From IMG/VR virus record IMGVR_UViG_3300030376_005278, positions 1 through 39,147 of that record: DNA of 39,147 nt. One strand, written 5' to 3'. This DNA comes from a virus (lineage: Duplodnaviria; Caudoviricetes). The position numbers and the translations under genes were made by a program. The notes under the pieces were generated by a model, which was given only the letters and a program-made list of their open reading frames with translations, had not been told where the DNA came from and did not search any database. Shown one piece after another: positions 33,890 through 39,147 of this stretch (position 1 is its first letter; each line of letters starts with the position of its first letter).

Positions 33890-34968
33890 GCTTAACAGTA
33901 ACAGTCCAAAAAGGACACGATTTTAGTAGCGGCAACGTAACGAGGGCTGCGTTAAATGCGGGGGCAACCCCAACAGTAGCGGTAACAGGATCAGTAGGTG
34001 CAACAGAATTAGCGGCTAACGCTGTAACAAGCACAGTTTTAAAATCTGATTCTTCTTCTGGATCGGCTGGAGCCGCTGTAACGGCGCATCACATTGTTGA
34101 CGGTGCGGTGAACACAACTAAATTAGCAGACAACACAGTATCTTTAGCTAAACTTTCTCATTACGGCAATAAAGGTCACATTGTTAAAATGGGAGACACT
34201 GCCGAAGCCGGAACTGTAATTCCAGAATCTTTAGATTGCACAGGAAGTGGTAAACTTTTACTTGGAACTGGAAGCGACGTTTTATCATTAGCAAGTTCAA
34301 CAGACAACTTAGATGAAGCTGACACGATTGCAGCGAACACTCCAAAAAGTCATATTGCGATTGCTCCAGCAACTTTTACTTCTCCAGCGACAGAACCCGC
34401 TTCAGCTTTGTTGACTGTTAAAAATGGATCATTACCAGTTTCTTCTTTAAGGACTAACAAAGTAGGCGGAGAGCTTAAATCAGGCATAGTTACTTTTAAC
34501 AATAGTGGAGTGCCTACTGTTTTAGAAACAGAAGCCGCAGACAAAATTGTTGCTAGTAGCCTTAGTGGAGTTACTTTAAAAATTAGAGATAAAGAAGTTC
34601 CACTTTTAGGTGCAAGCGGAAGAACAACTGTCGGTACTAGCACTAGTCAGGACACTCATGATTTTACTTTTGTGGGCGCACACGGACTGACAAACGTTCC
34701 AAAAACAGTTTCAGTGTATTTAGAAGTTGTGTCAGGGCAAACGAATTTAGGATACGCGGCCGGAGATAGAGTGATGGTAAGTTCTGGACAAACTCCAGTT
34801 GAAGGAGCGTACTATGCTATTGTTACTTGGGATAGTACTAATGTAGTGCTACAAATGAGTCATAACTTTCTCATATATAACAAAGCTACAACTGCTGCGG
34901 ATTCTGTCCAAGCACAAGAGTATATTGAACACGATAAATGGAAATTAGTAGCTTTAGTTAGTGAATAA
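33886..34968 (+). CDS. Tail fibre/appendage protein
   Basis: DGAVNTTKLADNTVSLAKL fibre repeats; C-terminal AHGL..VP domain. Confidence 0.65.
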   Translation: MSLTVTVQKGHDFSSGNVTRAALNAGATPTVAVTGSVGATELAANAVTSTVLKSDSSSGSAGAAVTAHHIVDGAVNTTKLADNTVSLAKLSHYGNKGHIVKMGDTAEAGTVIPESLDCTGSGKLLLGTGSDVLSLASSTDNLDEADTIAANTPKSHIAIAPATFTSPATEPASALLTVKNGSLPVSSLRTNKVGGELKSGIVTFNNSGVPTVLETEAADKIVASSLSGVTLKIRDKEVPLLGASGRTTVGTSTSQDTHDFTFVGAHGLTNVPKTVSVYLEVVSGQTNLGYAAGDRVMVSSGQTPVEGAYYAIVTWDSTNVVLQMSHNFLIYNKATTAADSVQAQEYIEHDKWKLVALVSE

Positions 34969-35288
34969 TGCCAAGCAGAACTACCATAGACCCGCTTTCA
35001 ATTACTGATGGAAAGATTAGTAATCAAGCAAAGATTAAGCCTTCTAAACTTGCACCCGGCAAACCCGGTCAAGTTTTAATCGCTGGATCTGACGGTAAAT
35101 TTGCTGCGGGAACTTTAGAAAGCGGCACAACTAATACAGTCACAAACACTGAAATGACTGCTACTCAAATTAAAAACAAACTAGGAATTATTGGAGATGC
35201 AGTCGGTACTCAAAATTCACAAACAATAACTCACAAAACTTTAGCAAGTTCTTCTATTGATGGAGGAACTTTTATTAGCACAGGATAA
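34968..35288 (+). CDS. Small tail-associated protein
   Basis: Ends in QTITHKTL...IDGGTF, as does the next gene. Confidence 0.6.
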   Translation: MPSRTTIDPLSITDGKISNQAKIKPSKLAPGKPGQVLIAGSDGKFAAGTLESGTTNTVTNTEMTATQIKNKLGIIGDAVGTQNSQTITHKTLASSSIDGGTFISTG

Positions 35289-35290
35289 CA

Positions 35291-36142
35291 ATGGCAAATT
35301 TAATACAATTAAAAAGAGCAAGTAATTATAACGTATCTGAAAATCCCGGTAGCCAAACTTTGGCCGAAGGAGAATTAGCGTGGAACAATAAAGGAGAGAC
35401 GTTATGGATAGGTAAACGAATTGCTACGACAGGCACACAATTTAATTTAAAAAGGTTAAATCCTGTTATCCAAGGTACGAGTAACGAAATTGAAGTTACG
35501 GCATCAGCGGCAGACGCAGTAAATCACATAGCGGCTGGAGAAACTTTAACAGTTGGGCTTCCAAATGATGTTACGGTTGGAAACAACTTAACGGTTAACG
35601 GGAATTGTATTTTAGGAAACGCAACGTCTGACACAGTTACAATTGCAGGGGATTTAACAGTCAACGGCACTACTACAACAATAAATTCTACTACAGTATC
35701 TATTGATGATAAAACTTTTGTATTAGCCGCTGATGCTGCTGATTCAAATGCTGCTGATGGCGCAGGGATACACGTTACGGATGACATTGCAAGGTTTACA
35801 TATTCGCATAGCGGGACAAAGTGGGTATCTAGTAAACCACTTGAAGTTACTGGAAACATAACAACAACTGGTTTAGTTGACGGACGAGATGTTGCCGCTG
35901 ATGGATCTAAGCTAGATGGGATTGCTAATAATGCAAATAACTATGCCTTTAATATCCAAGCAGATGGAGGTTCTGCTGCTGCTGTACCATCAGGATCTAA
36001 TTTAAACATTGTAGGTGGATCTGGAATCACAGGATCACGCACAGGCACAGCAGTTACGTTATCTGTAGACACAACTTCAGTATGCACTATAGATGCAACT
36101 CAGATTTTAACAAACAAGACAATAGACGGCGGCACATTCTAG
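35291..36142 (+). CDS. Tail fibre protein
   Basis: N-terminal IQLKR...LAEGELA module; GDLTVNGTTTTINST and VDGRDVAADGSKLDGI motifs; terminal IDGGTF. Confidence 0.75.
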   Translation: MANLIQLKRASNYNVSENPGSQTLAEGELAWNNKGETLWIGKRIATTGTQFNLKRLNPVIQGTSNEIEVTASAADAVNHIAAGETLTVGLPNDVTVGNNLTVNGNCILGNATSDTVTIAGDLTVNGTTTTINSTTVSIDDKTFVLAADAADSNAADGAGIHVTDDIARFTYSHSGTKWVSSKPLEVTGNITTTGLVDGRDVAADGSKLDGIANNANNYAFNIQADGGSAAAVPSGSNLNIVGGSGITGSRTGTAVTLSVDTTSVCTIDATQILTNKTIDGGTF

Positions 36143-36146
36143 TTAA

Positions 36147-39100
36147 ATGTCTAACACCATAAAAATTAAACGACGAGTAGGCGGGTCAGGAAATCTGGGT
36201 GCTTTAGCTGTCGGTGAACTTGGTGTTGATATTGATGATAACAATAAGCTTTATGTCGGCACTTCCGCTGGAAACAAACTAACTGCACTGCCAACTTCTG
36301 GCGGCACACTTAGTGGAACATTAAATGCACCTTCCGCTGAAATAGGAGGAGGTTACGGGTCTACTGGGGCTAGTATTACCAGTGTTGGAAATATTAATGC
36401 TAATGGGAGCTTAACTGTTGATGGTTCTGCTGATTTTGGAGGAGGTTATGGCAATGCTGCTGGTGTGAGCATTTCTGACACAGGAAATATTTGGGCTAAC
36501 GGGGGCCTTGTAGTTGATGGGTCAACATCTCTTAGCAGTATGCTAACTTTATACCGTAATGTTAATGACTATTTACGGTTAGGCCATGACTCAGATACAC
36601 ATTACATTTCAACAGTTGGGTTAAATAGGGATTTACATATCAGTGCTTCGGGAACAGTAGACGCTGCTGATTTAAAAATAAATTCAGATGGGAACGCTAT
36701 ATTCAGTGGAACAGTAACCGCAAGTGCTGTCACACTTACTGGTGACATAACATCAGGCAACACTACCAATACCGCTGCATTATTTTCACAATCAGTACGA
36801 AGTGGAACAGTGGTTACTCGTCTAACTGCTAACCGCGCTGGAGGTGATGGTGTTGTTGGAACTAACTCTGCTCATGATTTCTTATTACAGAGAGAAGGTA
36901 ATACAAGAGTTACATTGAGTGGATCATCTGTTGTTGTGAACGACAGTGGTGAAAACATTGATTTTAGAGTTGAGGGTGATGGTGATGCTAACCTAATTCG
37001 CACTGACGCTTCCAATGATCGGGTTGGTATAAAAACGGCGGCTCCAGCGTATACGTTACATTGTGTTGGCACTGGATACTTTTCACAAAGCGTTACACTT
37101 GGGTCAGGGTTAACTGTTGGTGGAAATACTGCACTTACTGGAGAACTGACTTCCCAAAAAGTCGCACCTTCAGCTAACAATACATATTCTAGTGGTGGAG
37201 CAAATTACAGATGGAGCAATGTCTTTAGTGAGTTAGGTAACTTTAGTGGAACAGTAACTGCGGCTGGATTGACAGTCTCAGGTACAGCTAACTTTGGTGG
37301 AAATTATACAAACTTTGGCGGCGGCTACGGTGCTACTGGAGTGAGCATTACTAGTGCTGGAAACATTCAAGCCAATGGAACGCTTACGGTTGATGGAGCA
37401 ACAACGCTTACTGGAACATTAACTGCAACTGGCGGCACACTTAGTGGTGCTACTACGTTTAGTGAAAGAATAGTTTTATCAGGGACAGATGGAGCAGACG
37501 GGTTAGTAATTCTTGGCGGCGAAAATAATAACGTCTCGGCTAGGTTGTTTTTAGAAACTGGAACCAGTGGGCAAGGCGTTTCCATAATGAATGAGTCTGG
37601 TGCTATGCAGTTTAGGACTGCTGCTACCAGCGAACATACTGCTGGCGGCGTATCAGGAAGTGCTTCTGGAACTAAACGGGCAATAATTTCTAGCTCTGCA
37701 CTCTATCCTAATGATCCCGGTTACGGTTTGGGTCTGAGTAACAAGCGTTGGCTTATCTACGGCACAACAGGAAATTTTAACAGTGGTCTTAGCGTTACTG
37801 GTTCATCTAGTTTTGAAGGGGCAAGTTTTTCTAGTTCTATAACCGCAACTAACTCATTAACATTAACCAAAAACGATGCGGTTGGCCCAACCATTAGTCT
37901 CACTAATACTTCTAAAACTGGGTACATAAATTTCTGGGGTGCTACTGGTGGAGGTGGTGACAGGACTAACGAATTTGAAGTTAATGCAGTCCACACTGGA
38001 TATGGAATCACGTTTGCCACAAAAGATTACATTCGGTTTAAAACTGATGGCATAGGTTCTACTGATGAATGTGCTAGGTTTGACAGTAATGGTCGGCTAG
38101 GGCTGGGAACTACAAGTCCAGACGCAAACCACAGCATTACAATTGCGAACACTACTAATTACGGAGTCCGTTTTACAAATACAAATGCGACTTTAAAAGC
38201 CGACCATAATTTATTGCACCTAGCAGATGCCAATATTTATTTACGACCAGCGAGTGGTTATTGGGTTACCATTGATACTGGTTCAGGGCTTTCTGTAACT
38301 GGAGGACAGCTTTCTGTAACTGGAGCAGGAACACAAGAGGTCAAGGTCAGGTCTACAGATGGTCACGCCTCAATTCAAATAGACAGAAAGAGTACATCAA
38401 ATGACGCATCGTTAATGCTGATGACGAACAACGTCACAAAGTGGCGGTTTGCTACTGGCGTTGCTGGCAATGATGAAAAGTTATCTATTTACGATGACAT
38501 TGCTAACACCAGCATGATGACATTTAAGACGGGCGTTGGCGTTGGTGTTGGCCCGTCATTTGGTACTGCTGAACCAGCGTGTTCACTTCATGTGGTGAAC
38601 AATGATCATGTTTTATTTGAAAACACAACGTCCAACGCAAACAGTTTAATTAAGTTAAAAACAACTGGACGTACTTGGCAGATGTCGGTGAGGGAGTCTG
38701 ATTTATCTGGTGCTTTAACTTTTAGGAATGAAACCGCTGGGACAGATGATTTAAAAATAAGTACTACTGGAACTGTAACTGTAAGAGATAACTTAACAGT
38801 AGCTGGTAGTTGTACGTTTGCTGCTTTGTCAGGAACCTCTGGAACATTTAGCAGTACCATGTCACTAGGGTCTTCTCAGAAACTACAATGGGGAGACGCT
38901 GCCACATATATTACTGGGTCAAATAGTGGTGACTTCTTGCAATTTTACCCAGACGGGAATGTTCAACTAACACTCAATTCTAGTGGGGCTACTATTGAAG
39001 ACAGTCTGTCAGTTGGTGGAGCAACTAGCTGGGCGGGTACTGACACTCAAACTTGTGGAATATATTTAAACACCGCAGACCGTGGGCTTTATGGCAATTT

Positions 39101-39147
39101 TTCAAACCACGCCAGAAACCTAATTAAGGCGAAAGATCAGTATGTTC
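36147..39147 (+). CDS. Long tail fibre (>1000 aa, 3'-partial)
   Basis: ATG at 36147 (MSNTIKIKRRVG...LAVGELG). Same frame is coding at the window end and the track reports no stop in it. Gly/Ser/Thr-rich with GGGYG and GLGTTSP repeats. Confidence 0.85.
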   Translation, partial: MSNTIKIKRRVGGSGNLGALAVGELGVDIDDNNKLYVGTSAGNKLTALPTSGGTLSGTLNAPSAEIGGGYGSTGASITSVGNINANGSLTVDGSADFGGGYGNAAGVSISDTGNIWANGGLVVDGSTSLSSMLTLYRNVNDYLRLGHDSDTHYISTVGLNRDLHISASGTVDAADLKINSDGNAIFSGTVTASAVTLTGDITSGNTTNTAALFSQSVRSGTVVTRLTANRAGGDGVVGTNSAHDFLLQREGNTRVTLSGSSVVVNDSGENIDFRVEGDGDANLIRTDASNDRVGIKTAAPAYTLHCVGTGYFSQSVTLGSGLTVGGNTALTGELTSQKVAPSANNTYSSGGANYRWSNVFSELGNFSGTVTAAGLTVSGTANFGGNYTNFGGGYGATGVSITSAGNIQANGTLTVDGATTLTGTLTATGGTLSGATTFSERIVLSGTDGADGLVILGGENNNVSARLFLETGTSGQGVSIMNESGAMQFRTAATSEHTAGGVSGSASGTKRAIISSSALYPNDPGYGLGLSNKRWLIYGTTGNFNSGLSVTGSSSFEGASFSSSITATNSLTLTKNDAVGPTISLTNTSKTGYINFWGATGGGGDRTNEFEVNAVHTGYGITFATKDYIRFKTDGIGSTDECARFDSNGRLGLGTTSPDANHSITIANTTNYGVRFTNTNATLKADHNLLHLADANIYLRPASGYWVTIDTGSGLSVTGGQLSVTGAGTQEVKVRSTDGHASIQIDRKSTSNDASLMLMTNNVTKWRFATGVAGNDEKLSIYDDIANTSMMTFKTGVGVGVGPSFGTAEPACSLHVVNNDHVLFENTTSNANSLIKLKTTGRTWQMSVRESDLSGALTFRNETAGTDDLKISTTGTVTVRDNLTVAGSCTFAALSGTSGTFSSTMSLGSSQKLQWGDAATYITGSNSGDFLQFYPDGNVQLTLNSSGATIEDSLSVGGATSWAGTDTQTCGIYLNTADRGLYGNFSNHARNLIKAKDQYV

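Noticed and set aside
39100-39147. Direct circular join of the window end to position 1 as one tail fibre gene
   Set aside because: The end leaves 1 nt of a codon while the frame at the start needs 2, and no terminal overlap is seen. Intervening sequence is missing, so whether it is one gene is unproven.

Overview
Near-complete (~39 kb) genome of a tailed dsDNA phage with podovirus-type architecture and a diderm host (overlapping Rz/Rz1-like spanin pair). The window opens and closes inside tail-fibre coding sequence; the two ends do not join in frame, so some sequence is missing. + strand: tail-fibre C-terminus with S74 chaperone, a small membrane peptide plus a tandem DUF2589-like pair, three basic mini-proteins, a DDxxD isoprenoid-synthase-like protein and three ejection proteins (1-10.0 kb); replication module with RHH regulator, nucleases, split Cas4-like exonuclease, PolA (Leu762 type), dNMP kinase, primase, SF3-like helicase and a candidate iteron origin (10.0-18.0 kb). 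- strand: an early operon with an Ocr-like protein and an RlpA-like protein (18.0-21.0 kb). + strand: packaging, head, lysis and tail genes (21.2-39.1 kb). No integrase, tRNA, CRISPR array or RNA polymerase was seen. Best leads: the DUF2589 pair with a beta-pore-toxin-like hairpin; a DDxxD enzyme next to an MGCC-starting ejection protein; a 17-aa QLELF clamp-motif peptide coupled to polA; a BldC-like protein with 10-bp repeat arrays; apparent CCWGG/GGWCC avoidance. All family calls are by-eye motif recognition; no searches were run.
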